Shown here one piece after another: positions 11,601-20,576 of a DNA stretch of 64,000 nucleotides. A model generated the notes under the pieces. It was given only the letters and a program-made list of their open reading frames with translations, had not been told where the DNA came from and did not search any database. This DNA comes from Spirochaetia bacterium (GTDB taxonomy: Bacteria; Spirochaetota; Spirochaetia; DSM-2461). The translations under genes and the position numbers were made by a program. Positions within the stretch are counted from its first letter, which is position 1. Each line of letters begins with the position of its first letter. The DNA is taken from positions 2,304,001-2,368,000 of the forward strand of contig OY764216.1 in assembly GCA_963668315.1 (NCBI GenBank). The letters run 5' to 3'.

Positions 11601-14600
11601 ATCGGTTAACTCCGGGGATATTACTGTGGACGGGGAAAATGAAGCCGTGACTATTAATCAGGCCCTAACTTCCGCTTCGGGGAATATCAACCTTTTGGCC
11701 AATAGTTCCAATACGGCTGATCCGGCTAATCTTACTATCGGGGGAATACTATCCGCCGGGGGAAATATATCTCTAACGGCCTATAACGGAACGATAACAC
11801 AGTCCGCAGCCATTTCCGGAGTAACGCTTAATGCGGTCACCTATGATGATAATGGTTCCGATATTATTCTTTCAAACGGGGGCAATGATTTCACTTTCAT
11901 TGATATTCGTTCCAGAGACAATGGGGACGCAAATAATGATACGGGAAATATTAACTATGTCGATGCGGATGGTTTTGATATCGTTCAGTTAGGAACGGCC
12001 GGCTTTGCCGATCTGACCTGTTCTTCCGGGACGCTAAGTGACGGTATTGCAGATATCAGTCAGTCCGGTCCTATTACCGTAGGTAGTCTGGCAGTTCGCG
12101 GTACAGGCGATATCGGCCTGGATGACGATGTGAACAACAGCATTCCCGTACTGGCTGTAAATACAACTGGCTGGCTTGTTTTTTCAGAAAATGAGGATGT
12201 GGAGATAGGTTCTGTTAACGGATTATCCGGTTTAACTGTTACGGAGTATATTACTTTGATTCATAATAATGTTGATTCAAGCTATACCTATTCCATAACG
12301 CAGACGCAGCCAGTAAGCAGCACAAGGCTTATTCTTGAGGGATCTTACGGTAATTTCGTCCTGAATGGAGCGGGCAATCTTATTACCTGGATGGCTCTTA
12401 ACGGAACTGCCGCCGGTACACCGCTGAGAGCTCAGTATACCCAGGATGGAAATATAACCTTCGCCAACATTACCAGATGGGAAACGGATTCATCCACGAT
12501 TTCAAGAGCCGGCATGGCGAATCTGGAAAGCATCGCCTTATCTGCCACATCTGGAGATTTAACCATAGACGGTCCCGATGCCGGTGGTGACGTTCCCTCC
12601 TGGGAAGTAGGGGGCAATTTTACTCTCACATGCGATCAGCTATTCAACAATGGAGCCACCATCAACAGCAGTGGGAATGTCACGCTGACTCTGGGAACGG
12701 CCAGTACCCTGGCTAATACCTGGATTTTCGATGGAACCACCGATTTTCTCATAGCCGGGGCTGCCATTACCTTGAATGATATTCAGGTAGGAAACGGTTC
12801 GGGGGGAACTCTCTCTTTTAACGACGCTTCTCTTACTGATATTGATATAAATGGGGATATCACAGCCAGCAACGGAACCCTTTTGGATTTTACAAATGAT
12901 ACAGTCACCATGGCGGGAGATGTAAATTTCACTGGTTTGACCGGATTAACCTCTGCCAATTCTGACATTTCCTTCGATGACGGAGCACTTCCGGTTCAGA
13001 CGGTGACTTCCGCCGGACAGTCATTCAATAATATAGTTGTTACGGGAGTGGGCATTAGTGCCACCGATGATTTTGATGCAAACGGAACGGCTGATTTCTC
13101 GGCCGGTACCAGCACCGCGACTGCTGCCTTTACAGCGGACGGGCTTATAACATTAGACTCGGGAGCTCCTGTCTTGACCACAACCGGGACGCTAACCGCA
13201 AACGCAGGAATTACAGTCAATACGGGCAGCTTAACTGCCAATGGTGATACCGTTATTGACGGTAATCTTACCGTTTCAGGCTCGGGCTCTATGGGGGGAA
13301 CCGGTAATATTGACGTTAACGGTACAGGAAATGTCAGTTTAAGCGGAACGGGAACTTTCACTTGTAATACCCGAACCATTTTTCTCACGGGAAACTGGAC
13401 GGAAAATATTGGAACCTTTGATGTCTCGGGCGATTCGTCCCTTATCAGATTCGATGGGGGAGGAGCTTCCACAATCAATGGCGTTAACAGTATAGATAAC
13501 TTGACCATAGACAATGGAACGACGCTTGATATAAGTACTAATCCCCTGACCTGTAATAACGATGTTATTGTTAATGGCGTTATAGACAGCAATGGCCAGA
13601 ATCTTACGATACTTGGTACGGTAAGTGATGGGGGAACCCTTACGGATGCTCGTACTTTGCAGACGACGGGAGGGGAAACTCTTGATATTGAAGGGGATAT
13701 CTCCGTAGCCACTTTTACCGTTAATACGGGGACTTCCCCCGTAATACAGGCGGCCTCCGATTTTACTCCCGGTACTTTTACCTGCGAGTTGAGTTCCGTC
13801 GTTCTGGACGGAGGCAATGCGGGCGATCTGGGAGGTTATACTTTCTATGATCTGACCTTTGCGAAGGACGCAGATACGGATGTCATTACGTCCACAGGCG
13901 ACCTAACTGTAACCAACAGCCTGATTATGACTACTGGGGAATGGTACGCCGGTGAGTCTACCCATACCGTTTCCGGCGGCTGGAATTCCACATCGCCTAC
14001 CTTTCTTTTTACCGCAGGTTCTACTACGTCCACCATTATCCTGACCAGCGGTTCCGTTTCGCACCAGACAGGGGAGGGCTTCTACAACTTCACAGCAGAC
14101 GGCAGCATAACCGTATCCTCTGATTTTGAGGCCGGGAATGCTCTACTCATTCCTGAAGCGGGGTCTTTCTCTTCAGTAAACAACAATATAGATGTAACCG
14201 GTAATCTGAATATCTCCAATTCAGGAACCCCGTCGTCCCTGAGTATTACAGGTACGGGATCTCTTTCTATCGGCGGTACAACAGCTATCGGCGCCGGATC
14301 GACCCTTTCCCTTGGGTACGGCCTGGTCGCCCTCGGAAATGATACGGCCGATACGGTCACCAATCTGGGCACCATTACCTCCGTCAGCACAGGAGCAGGA
14401 AATGTAACCTTTGCGGGTGATTATATCGGTATGGGAACGGGTGCTCTCATCGGTTCAACCGCAGGCAATCCCCAGTGGACTTTCGAGCAGAACGCTTCTT
14501 TCGGCTCTGTGACCATGAACGGGGATCCGGTCTGGTTCGATTCGGGCGTACTTACCCATACGCTAACCCTGAATGGTGCTTCCAGCTTCGCTACTGTCGC

Positions 14601-17600
14601 CGTAGGTACTGGCGATATGGTCACTCTGGCCGGAACTGGAAGCTTTACTGCAGCAGTTCTGCAGACGGGAGACACCGCTTCCGACGGGGATTCGGCTGTA
14701 TTTGATGCGTCTTCCATGGAATTCACAATCGCCACTCTCAATAACGGCGGCCATTTTTATCTAGTCGGAGATCAGGTTGCCTCTTCGGTGACAAATTATG
14801 ATATCGATTCGGGAGAAACCTATTTCTACGGGGCCGGTGCTTCCTTAGGCGGTCTGACCACTTTCTACGATCTGACCCTGGCGGGTACGGGCTCAAGAAC
14901 CTTCTCTGCCGCCGTGAATGTCTACCATGACCTGGACGCTTCTGCCGACTTGGGTGTCCATGATCTGAATACGAATACTACGGTTCTTAATTTCAGGGAT
15001 GAGACCGGTGTCGCCGATACGGGAGTGGGAACTTACACTCCCCCAGGAACGGCGGCGAATCTGACTTTTTATGCTTTGGCTATCGAAGGAGGAAACACGC
15101 TTACCGCGGCGGGAGATATTGTCCTTGAACAGAACTGGACCAACAATGGGACTTTTGCTCCCGGAATCTATGATATCTCATTCATAAACGGGACTATCGG
15201 TTCTACTCTTGTCGGCAGCACCACCTTTAATGACTTTACCTGTACCGCCCTTGGCAAGACCATGACATTTACCGACGGCACTACTCAGACGATAAACGGT
15301 GATCTCACCCTGACCGGAGCTTCCGGTGTAGGGAATATGATAAACCTTACCGGAACGAGTAATACCGGTTGGACTTTCGCTAATGTGGGTAATTTAGAGA
15401 CCGTGAATTACGTTACTGTCGCCTATGGTCAGGTGGATAGTAACAGCATAACGGCCGGTAATTCGGTGAATGTCGATGACTCCAGTGAAGTTGATCCCGA
15501 TCCGTTGACAGTCCCCTGTTGGGATTTCACCACCAAGGCTGTGGCCTGGGTAGGAAGCCCGGCGGACAGCGATTGGCAGACCGGTTCCAACTGGAGCTTC
15601 GGCTACGCTCCCAATGATAACGACAACGTGACAATCCCCGATGTTACCGGATCGTCTTTTCTGCAGCCGGTCATTACATCTGCAGATATAAGCGTTAACG
15701 AGCTGACCCTGGACGCGGCCGCCACGCTGGAAGTGGGAGACGGGATGACTCTGTCTATCGGTAGTACCTATACGAATAACGGCATCCTGTACCGATCGGG
15801 GACGTCCTCTGTGACGTCGTCAGTTTATCCTCTGCCCGGACAGACTACTTACAGAGGCACGGGCGGGAATATCCAGGTATACGCGGGCGATGACTATGTG
15901 AACCTGGGGATAGACGGAGTGACAATGGATACGAATAACAACGATCTCTCTGTCACGGGAACGTTAACCGGTACGGGAACTCTCCAGACATCCGGTACGG
16001 AAAATCTAGATATAGCTGGGAATATCACGATTAATCGGATTACAGTACCGAATACTTCCAATTCCACCATACAGGTGGCTTCCGATTTTACTCCGTCGAT
16101 TTTTGATAATGATGGAGCGGGGGGAACTGTCGTTAACGGCTCAATCGTACTGGACGGGGCTAACGATGCCAACCTGGCGGGATTCAGCTACTATAACCTG
16201 ACCTTCGCAAAAACAGCCGATACGGTGGTAATAACTTCTACTGGAAACATAACCGTCGCAAACAGCCTGACCATGATAACCGGCGAATGGGATGCCCAAA
16301 GCTTTACCCACAATATCACCGACAACGTAAACGGCGGTTGGAATTCCACATCCGCTAATTTCCTCTTCAATGCCGGTACATCTTCGATTATTTTGAATAA
16401 CGGAGCCGTATCCCATCAGGCAGGGGAGGGGTTCAATAACTTTACAGCCAATGGCGCCATTACTTTGGGAACAGCTCTGGAGGTGGGGAATGACCTGCTT
16501 GTTTCCGGAGGGAATTCCCTCACTGCTACAGCGGACCGGCAGATCACCGTTGGCGGAAACTACACCAACAACGGCACTCACACGGCTAATGCCGGCTTAC
16601 TGGCAGTTACGGGCAATTTCTCCAATACGGGAACCTTCAACGCCAATTCGGGTACCACTCAGATAAACGGAACAACTGCCAACAGCGGTACCTTCAATGC
16701 CGGGACGGCCCTGTTTGAAGCCAATAACAGCGTGACAAACACGGGAACCTTCAACAGCAGCGGGGAAACCCTGCAGCTGACCGGAGGCGGGACTCTCAAC
16801 GGGTTCGGTGGAGCCTTTGCGGGGACGACGAACAATCTTTATAATCTGATTATTAACTCCGGCGCCTGGACTACAACCAGCGATCTGACGGTACGGAATT
16901 TGATACAAATCAACGGAGGGAGCCTGAATACGGACAGCGATAGTGTTACTACCGGAATCCTCCGGCTGCTGGGCGGAACCATGACTTCCGGTACTACTGC
17001 CGGTAATACGGTCACTGTAGCCACCGGGGAATTTCTCATGAATGATGCTGCTTCCTCCTTTACGGGTATTTCCCCCGTAACGGTGACCTTGGGCGATATG
17101 AACCTGGGGCTGGGAGATTTCTCCCCTTCCGGAACCGTTGATATTACTGCGGGAAACCTCAATGTGTCCAACACCGGTGCTAAGACTCCTTCCGGAGCCA
17201 TCTCCGTCGGGGGTGCTTCCAACTTTACGGGAGGCACCTTTACTTCCGGCGGTACTTTTACTTCCTCCAGCCTCGTAACGGTAAACGGAGGAACCCTGAC
17301 CGCGAATGCCCTGTTGACGGCTAACGGGGGTATGACTGTGACATCGGGTACTCTGGACGGTACCGGAGACATGGATGTTAACGGTACTGTGAATCTTAAC
17401 GGAGGCACTTTGACCGCCGGAGCAAGAAATATGAATGTCTCGGGCGACTGGACGGAAACGGCAGCAGTTCTGGCCGCCGGCACTTCCCTGGTTACCTTTG
17501 ATACGGGGGCTTCCCAGATAACCGCAGTCAATCCTTTCTATAATCTGACCGCCGACTGCGCTGCAACTCTTCTTTCCGATATTACCGTCGGCGGAGATCT

Positions 17601-20520
17601 TCTGATCCCCAACACCGGCTCCCTGACATCCGCCGATTACGATATAACCGTAACCGGTAACCTTGATATCTCCAGCACCACGATACCGACCCTGAGCGTA
17701 ACCGGCACTGGCGCTCTTTCCGTTGGCGGGACAACAGATATCGCCGCCGGTTCGGAACTCTCCCTGGGGAATGGGCTTGTTTCACTGGGAAACGATACGG
17801 CCGACACGGTCACCAACCTGGGAACGCTGACTTCCATCAGTACAGGGGCGGGCAATGTTACCTTTGCCGGTGATTATATAGGTACGGGAACGGGCACCCT
17901 GACCGGTTCTTCCGTCGGTAACCCTCGCTGGACCTTCAACCAAAATGCCTCCTTCGGTTCGGTGACCATGAACGGCGATCCGGTCTGGTTCGATTCGGAC
18001 GTGACGACCCATACGCTTACCGTAAATGGCGCTTCCAGTTTCGATACCCTGGTCGTCAGTACGGACGATACGGTGACTTTGGCCGGTGCGGGATCTCTGA
18101 CAGCTGCCCTATTGCAGACCGGAGATGCCGCCGCCGACAATGATACGGCCGTTTTCGATGCGGTATCAACTGATTTTGCCATAACTACTCTTGCCAATGG
18201 CGGTCGGCTGAGGCTGGCAGGTGATCAAACGGCTAGTGTAGGCACTTACGATACCGATTCGGGATGGACCGAATTTTACGGTGGAACTGTTACTTTGAAT
18301 AATACCGATTTTGCCGATCTCTGGAATCTGGAGATATCCTCTGGGGCCTATACCCTGGGACAGGATCTGAATGTCCTGGGAACGGGGCATGATTACGATG
18401 GTGACGGAGACGATTACAACGACGAGGGTTTTTTCCTTACCGGGGGAACCTTCAACGCCGGGAACAATACTATTACCGTGGAAGAGGCCTTTGCCGACAC
18501 GGGGGGAACCTTCAACTGTGATACGTCCCATGTAATATTCACCGGCGGTGGTGACGGGTATCTGGGGGGAACGAATACGTTCTATCAGCTCTCCTGTAAT
18601 TATGTTGACCATGCCGCGTCACCGGCCGTGGCTTCCGATATTTCCGTCAGCGGGAAGGATCTCTATTTCAACCCGGGAGAAACGATAACCCTCTCCACCG
18701 GCGGGTTCCTGGCTTTGTCCGGAGATCCCGCGTCCGGTCCGACTAACGATCCCCTTACGGCTTCCTATGAGCCGTCAACGACTTATCTGAGTCTGAGGCC
18801 TACATCGGAACCGGCCGATCCGGATAATCCTGCGGCGGGAGAGTACTGGAACCTGATCCTTCCCGCGGGAACGGATCTCTTCATGGAAAATGTATGCGCC
18901 TGGTACAGTAATGCCAGCAGTAACCCTTTTGTTCTTCAGAACAATATTTACATATGGCAGTGTCCCGGGTGGATGAATTACGTCAGGGTTCTGGGGTCGG
19001 AGACTCTGGACCTGGATGCTAATGGGAAAATCGATGCTCTGGAGGTGACGGTAGAAGTAGGAATCCGGAATGATTTCTCCGATTTTACCGCCCAGGTTAC
19101 CGGGTATTCTGTCAACGGTTATCAGTTTGGAACAGCCTATTCTTCGGACTATTTTCACTTTCGGATTCTTCTTGATGAACAGGCCTATCTGGACACCGAT
19201 GCTATACCGCCCTGGCAGATCCTTCAGAATACGACACTCGTCGATGATGCCACCGCCCAGAAGGCTGTTGTCATTACCCTGGCGAGCGGTTCTCCCGCCA
19301 CTCCCTATCACGGCCCCGACAGCCCCTCCGATACTCCTGTAGATACGGCCGATCCCGTCCTCGGGTACTCTCTGGCCGTTCCGGGGCTTGATCAGGTTTT
19401 CCTCCACTTCTCCGAACCTGTCTACGCCAACGGCGGAGGAGCGCTGGGCGTGGGGGACCTGAACTTTACCGTACCTTCCGGTGCGACACCTCAAGCTTTG
19501 ACTGCCGTCACATCAAACAGCGGGGGAGTGGAAGAGGCTCTTGTCGGCTTCAGCGGCTCCCTGGATTTTACCGATGTTCTTACCGGTACGGTCGCCATGG
19601 AAGACGGATCGTCAAATCCTGTGGAAGATGCTGCGGGAAACACGGCGGATATCGCAACTTTAACTCGGAACAATGCCCATGCCCTGTCCGATGTTCTCTT
19701 CGGACCGACGGACAACGGTCCGGTGGAGCCGCTCTGGGCGCAGGACCAGACTACTGCTTCCTCTACGGGCAACGGAACGGGAGTCATCAATGAATTTGAC
19801 GGTACTGAGCATCTGAAGGATGAGGATATCACCCTCCAGGCTCACCTTAACTCGGATATTGCTCTTGGAACGGGAGCCGGTCAACTGGACGGCGATATTG
19901 AGCTGCGTTTCATACAGAATCCCGGGACTTCCTATATAGACGGAAACGGCCTGTGGCTTGATACGACATATTTTAGCGAGACGGACTTTTCCGGTCTGGT
20001 TCCCTATGAGCTTTCCGGTTCCGTATCTTCTACCGGTTCGGCGGAAGCCTCCAATGACCATGTATGGAACTTTTCCATGTCCGAAGGGGACATAAGCAAC
20101 AGCGCCGATTTATCCTTTATCTTCTATCTGCCGGGAATCGACCGGTACTCCGCCCGTATTGACGACCACACCGCTTCGGACTGGTACCGCCGCGTATCTC
20201 CCTGGAGCTTCGGCGTTCATAATATTGTAAATCAGGGAGCAGGCGTCTCCATTCTGAACAACGTTATCAATCCTCTCAAGGGAGAGCAGACGACTCTCTA
20301 CTATAATCTGGAGAAGGGCGGTATGGTATCGGTTCAGGTCTTTGATCTGGCGGGCGGACTGGTGGAAATACTCCATAGGGGCCGACAGAATGCCGGTGAG
20401 TATTCCCTGTCTTGGAACGGGACGAACCGTAATAACAATCCGGTGGCCCGGGGTATCTATTTTGTAAGACTGGTAGGTCCCGGTGTGGATGAGATGAGAA
20501 AGGTTCTGGTGGTGAAATAG
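5686..20520 (+). CDS. Giant (4944 aa) secreted/surface protein: G/T/N/S/D-rich beta-strand repeats and a C-terminal FlgD-Ig-like domain
   Basis: Single 14.8-kb ORF with an N-terminal signal peptide ('MAKRTFGAFLFFSLFILISING'), beta-helix-like T/G/N-rich sequence, internal duplications, and C-terminus 'VSVQVFDLAGGLV...YSLSWNGTNRNNNPVARGIYFVRL...RKVLVVK'. RBS GGGGAG. Confidence 0.85.
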   Translation: MVNCMAKRTFGAFLFFSLFILISINGQSLVPPGSDDWLQVTSSTNQGGRDSIQTVFFQVPDSYTSPIYFGICDPETNGVAPDQNTGTTYYYLMGGDGCYTNSNSREEFYSTPADSIAAGTGDILYTYEYNNSFTEQSVITPVGGSPDVSDDEEWAYFPPVYPSQGEHVGDYYYFRMVVNASSSYKNAYKLVASSSLMNPATPVEITSIRAFAYSWCFDNRKNLSTWSFYPFVPDSVNTSGGLDIHTNDADSESYDLYDIFGNPRATDTPSSGTNWSSVTQGYNYLFSDSNTGDPQINGTWQIDFYNNEAGAPNENTIEVWSYETGSGICLPIYTASYTPPLPYRVTASVTDDPSLTGSDSTVLLQIVDSSGNSVPYSRNIYISDPSGHLSFYEEDGTTPIVGNLITTNTDGFYTFNCRNSNAESVEISFVTDGTLGSDALAGTNAENDKATVTHYTGAFPTLVSTGVSSVAGSSVSGIDFTITDDDGAYISASDNIYLRIPASIDAQWNQTLSGSFSGSAFDAGLVGTNPIVHYEDSRTIRIDVNSDFTSDNDTLVISGLGFTSSNSASSGDFEMAYDGLSGLWNVVDGLTTGNDIIINPATYFIWNGSAGDGNFDNGSNWQYGAAPGHRDGANIVLTASGTDAVLSYDALGYIFGEVTITSGAKPEIAGGSSLQINTSYENNGTLVFSDTVNIETAAGVFNSSSSLGNVELDGSLGDGTGNVNYGYYNDLTSTAGNWTFTASVWEVVINGDASLTTGSWTMTGGPVIYLSGSWANDGITINNSYELRLYGSDPCNITGTGAFSTFYSLICEEPGKVISFETGAINHTVSSGNLRMAGSASSPIILKGTTNADWFLNVTSASTVDISYVDVQYSTADVSISADFSIDSGNNSNWDFGTGKTTTWDGSNSESVTTVPNWDNGVPDDSGTGVDSVIIPDVSLLNFAPVLSGGWDLGSGSLTIGDGGTLDINAYNVNVAVLNNEGTIYAQSGSSLTGVSLDNDSGVVSYSGVGGTGLPLGNNYHDLVINAGNWTLNSNLVVNGDLVINGGTLDAGIYNITVSGDFSHIGGTVTGTTGSITVSGDSVLNSSISYSDAAVFQFNGGLSSSTGSVSTTIGSISVAATSNLLLAGVLDAGNGGSINFTANGSITQTGGSVDTGTSGSIFAVTYDDDGGDITLNQGNTALSLTLQSLNNAGDTIVSGDIIYVDDDGFTMALIETNGFVDLTCTSATINDAVSDINQSGDITARDGIVLRGTADISLDGVTYTNNIGPLAVDTTGWFNLADDGDISLGTVNSLSGLTAENIQFDLTGASDYSVSVTQTATAPIICTGLILEGNYGNFQLDTAAAGNLVGTIALYGDTNPVRAVYSQTTVGDVTLGEVYRDLGAAAVRTGATNVENLSLTLDPTSDFTVDNTTVASWDVTGDFSLTADQYLDNSIDLTTGGNVSLNLTTATFLSNTWTFNGTTSYDDVNSLTSLNDVTITGTGNLTAASTIYVAGDWTNSGTFNHGNQTVEFVSATESVISGVTTFYNFICQEPGKTLTFLDAETHVITNDLTIQGDNSSLPASVVTLSSLGTWGFDWLNGGTADIDYAAIGNGNLDSNDITADNSINLDNSCNLGGYSNSWIFSAKDVTWEGNTDTLWSTDSNWDWRFVPNPTDNVIIPDADTTTYDPVLDGDITVNSLTLETDGDLVASTYDITVTGAFSMSNDGTDYATLTGDGGDDGLVDLTVGGEATLNGTISYSNGADLVFTGGISAGQMTGSITITDNVTTGSINISGGTGNDLQFNGGFLDAGTGSISLDTNGGDLNDDATDSVVNLIADTITLANMGFVIGQSASEPLETASSGNCVMTLPGGNVAIYIAHTGSISPGFGGDRIPPLADYGLSITATGNLTMPANTIESGDMPQTFQAGGTLTIPAACSLRTVGDGGVTGTGDITLSGAALAITAGAGTIASTGTGNISLTQSAGALTLDRALSVNSGDITVDGENEAVTINQALTSASGNINLLANSSNTADPANLTIGGILSAGGNISLTAYNGTITQSAAISGVTLNAVTYDDNGSDIILSNGGNDFTFIDIRSRDNGDANNDTGNINYVDADGFDIVQLGTAGFADLTCSSGTLSDGIADISQSGPITVGSLAVRGTGDIGLDDDVNNSIPVLAVNTTGWLVFSENEDVEIGSVNGLSGLTVTEYITLIHNNVDSSYTYSITQTQPVSSTRLILEGSYGNFVLNGAGNLITWMALNGTAAGTPLRAQYTQDGNITFANITRWETDSSTISRAGMANLESIALSATSGDLTIDGPDAGGDVPSWEVGGNFTLTCDQLFNNGATINSSGNVTLTLGTASTLANTWIFDGTTDFLIAGAAITLNDIQVGNGSGGTLSFNDASLTDIDINGDITASNGTLLDFTNDTVTMAGDVNFTGLTGLTSANSDISFDDGALPVQTVTSAGQSFNNIVVTGVGISATDDFDANGTADFSAGTSTATAAFTADGLITLDSGAPVLTTTGTLTANAGITVNTGSLTANGDTVIDGNLTVSGSGSMGGTGNIDVNGTGNVSLSGTGTFTCNTRTIFLTGNWTENIGTFDVSGDSSLIRFDGGGASTINGVNSIDNLTIDNGTTLDISTNPLTCNNDVIVNGVIDSNGQNLTILGTVSDGGTLTDARTLQTTGGETLDIEGDISVATFTVNTGTSPVIQAASDFTPGTFTCELSSVVLDGGNAGDLGGYTFYDLTFAKDADTDVITSTGDLTVTNSLIMTTGEWYAGESTHTVSGGWNSTSPTFLFTAGSTTSTIILTSGSVSHQTGEGFYNFTADGSITVSSDFEAGNALLIPEAGSFSSVNNNIDVTGNLNISNSGTPSSLSITGTGSLSIGGTTAIGAGSTLSLGYGLVALGNDTADTVTNLGTITSVSTGAGNVTFAGDYIGMGTGALIGSTAGNPQWTFEQNASFGSVTMNGDPVWFDSGVLTHTLTLNGASSFATVAVGTGDMVTLAGTGSFTAAVLQTGDTASDGDSAVFDASSMEFTIATLNNGGHFYLVGDQVASSVTNYDIDSGETYFYGAGASLGGLTTFYDLTLAGTGSRTFSAAVNVYHDLDASADLGVHDLNTNTTVLNFRDETGVADTGVGTYTPPGTAANLTFYALAIEGGNTLTAAGDIVLEQNWTNNGTFAPGIYDISFINGTIGSTLVGSTTFNDFTCTALGKTMTFTDGTTQTINGDLTLTGASGVGNMINLTGTSNTGWTFANVGNLETVNYVTVAYGQVDSNSITAGNSVNVDDSSEVDPDPLTVPCWDFTTKAVAWVGSPADSDWQTGSNWSFGYAPNDNDNVTIPDVTGSSFLQPVITSADISVNELTLDAAATLEVGDGMTLSIGSTYTNNGILYRSGTSSVTSSVYPLPGQTTYRGTGGNIQVYAGDDYVNLGIDGVTMDTNNNDLSVTGTLTGTGTLQTSGTENLDIAGNITINRITVPNTSNSTIQVASDFTPSIFDNDGAGGTVVNGSIVLDGANDANLAGFSYYNLTFAKTADTVVITSTGNITVANSLTMITGEWDAQSFTHNITDNVNGGWNSTSANFLFNAGTSSIILNNGAVSHQAGEGFNNFTANGAITLGTALEVGNDLLVSGGNSLTATADRQITVGGNYTNNGTHTANAGLLAVTGNFSNTGTFNANSGTTQINGTTANSGTFNAGTALFEANNSVTNTGTFNSSGETLQLTGGGTLNGFGGAFAGTTNNLYNLIINSGAWTTTSDLTVRNLIQINGGSLNTDSDSVTTGILRLLGGTMTSGTTAGNTVTVATGEFLMNDAASSFTGISPVTVTLGDMNLGLGDFSPSGTVDITAGNLNVSNTGAKTPSGAISVGGASNFTGGTFTSGGTFTSSSLVTVNGGTLTANALLTANGGMTVTSGTLDGTGDMDVNGTVNLNGGTLTAGARNMNVSGDWTETAAVLAAGTSLVTFDTGASQITAVNPFYNLTADCAATLLSDITVGGDLLIPNTGSLTSADYDITVTGNLDISSTTIPTLSVTGTGALSVGGTTDIAAGSELSLGNGLVSLGNDTADTVTNLGTLTSISTGAGNVTFAGDYIGTGTGTLTGSSVGNPRWTFNQNASFGSVTMNGDPVWFDSDVTTHTLTVNGASSFDTLVVSTDDTVTLAGAGSLTAALLQTGDAAADNDTAVFDAVSTDFAITTLANGGRLRLAGDQTASVGTYDTDSGWTEFYGGTVTLNNTDFADLWNLEISSGAYTLGQDLNVLGTGHDYDGDGDDYNDEGFFLTGGTFNAGNNTITVEEAFADTGGTFNCDTSHVIFTGGGDGYLGGTNTFYQLSCNYVDHAASPAVASDISVSGKDLYFNPGETITLSTGGFLALSGDPASGPTNDPLTASYEPSTTYLSLRPTSEPADPDNPAAGEYWNLILPAGTDLFMENVCAWYSNASSNPFVLQNNIYIWQCPGWMNYVRVLGSETLDLDANGKIDALEVTVEVGIRNDFSDFTAQVTGYSVNGYQFGTAYSSDYFHFRILLDEQAYLDTDAIPPWQILQNTTLVDDATAQKAVVITLASGSPATPYHGPDSPSDTPVDTADPVLGYSLAVPGLDQVFLHFSEPVYANGGGALGVGDLNFTVPSGATPQALTAVTSNSGGVEEALVGFSGSLDFTDVLTGTVAMEDGSSNPVEDAAGNTADIATLTRNNAHALSDVLFGPTDNGPVEPLWAQDQTTASSTGNGTGVINEFDGTEHLKDEDITLQAHLNSDIALGTGAGQLDGDIELRFIQNPGTSYIDGNGLWLDTTYFSETDFSGLVPYELSGSVSSTGSAEASNDHVWNFSMSEGDISNSADLSFIFYLPGIDRYSARIDDHTASDWYRRVSPWSFGVHNIVNQGAGVSILNNVINPLKGEQTTLYYNLEKGGMVSVQVFDLAGGLVEILHRGRQNAGEYSLSWNGTNRNNNPVARGIYFVRLVGPGVDEMRKVLVVK
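9178..12640 (+). repeat. Intragenic duplication pair A (~9178-9970 and ~11839-12640)
   Basis: 'TYDDDGGDI...YVDDDGF...GFVDLTC...DINQSG...LAVDTTGW...LILEGNYGNF...SWDVTGDFSLTADQ' versus 'TYDDNGSDI...YVDADGF...GFADLTC...DISQSG...LAVNTTGW...LILEGSYGNF...SWEVGGNFTLTCDQ'. Confidence 0.8.
13657..18280 (+). repeat. Intragenic duplication pairs B (~13657-14100 vs ~15979-16455) and C (~14080-14830 vs ~17536-18280)
   Basis: B: 'ASDFTP...YDLTFAKDADTDVITSTG...GGWNSTS...VSHQTGEGF' versus 'ASDFTP...YNLTFAKTADTVVITSTG...GGWNSTS...VSHQAGEGF'. C: 'LGNDTADTVTNLGT...GAGNVTFAGDYIG...QNASFGSVTMNGDPVWFDS' occurs twice almost identically. Confidence 0.85.
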
Positions 20521-20537
20521 AAAGATTTGATTCCTAT

Positions 20538-20574
20538 AGGGGAGAGGAGGTGGGCTCCGTCGCTCCCCTTGTTT
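20538..20574. terminator. Imperfect hairpin between the convergent giant gene and the thioesterase gene
   Basis: aggggag...ggag/ctcc...ctcccct followed by tgttt. Confidence 0.45.
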
Positions 20575-20576
20575 CG

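Noticed and set aside
5686..20520. Autotransporter, RTX/T1SS substrate or CdiA-type toxin
   Set aside because: No C-terminal beta-barrel ending in an aromatic residue, no GGxGxDxL tracts, no adjacent TpsB or immunity gene. The protein ends in a FlgD-Ig-like domain instead.
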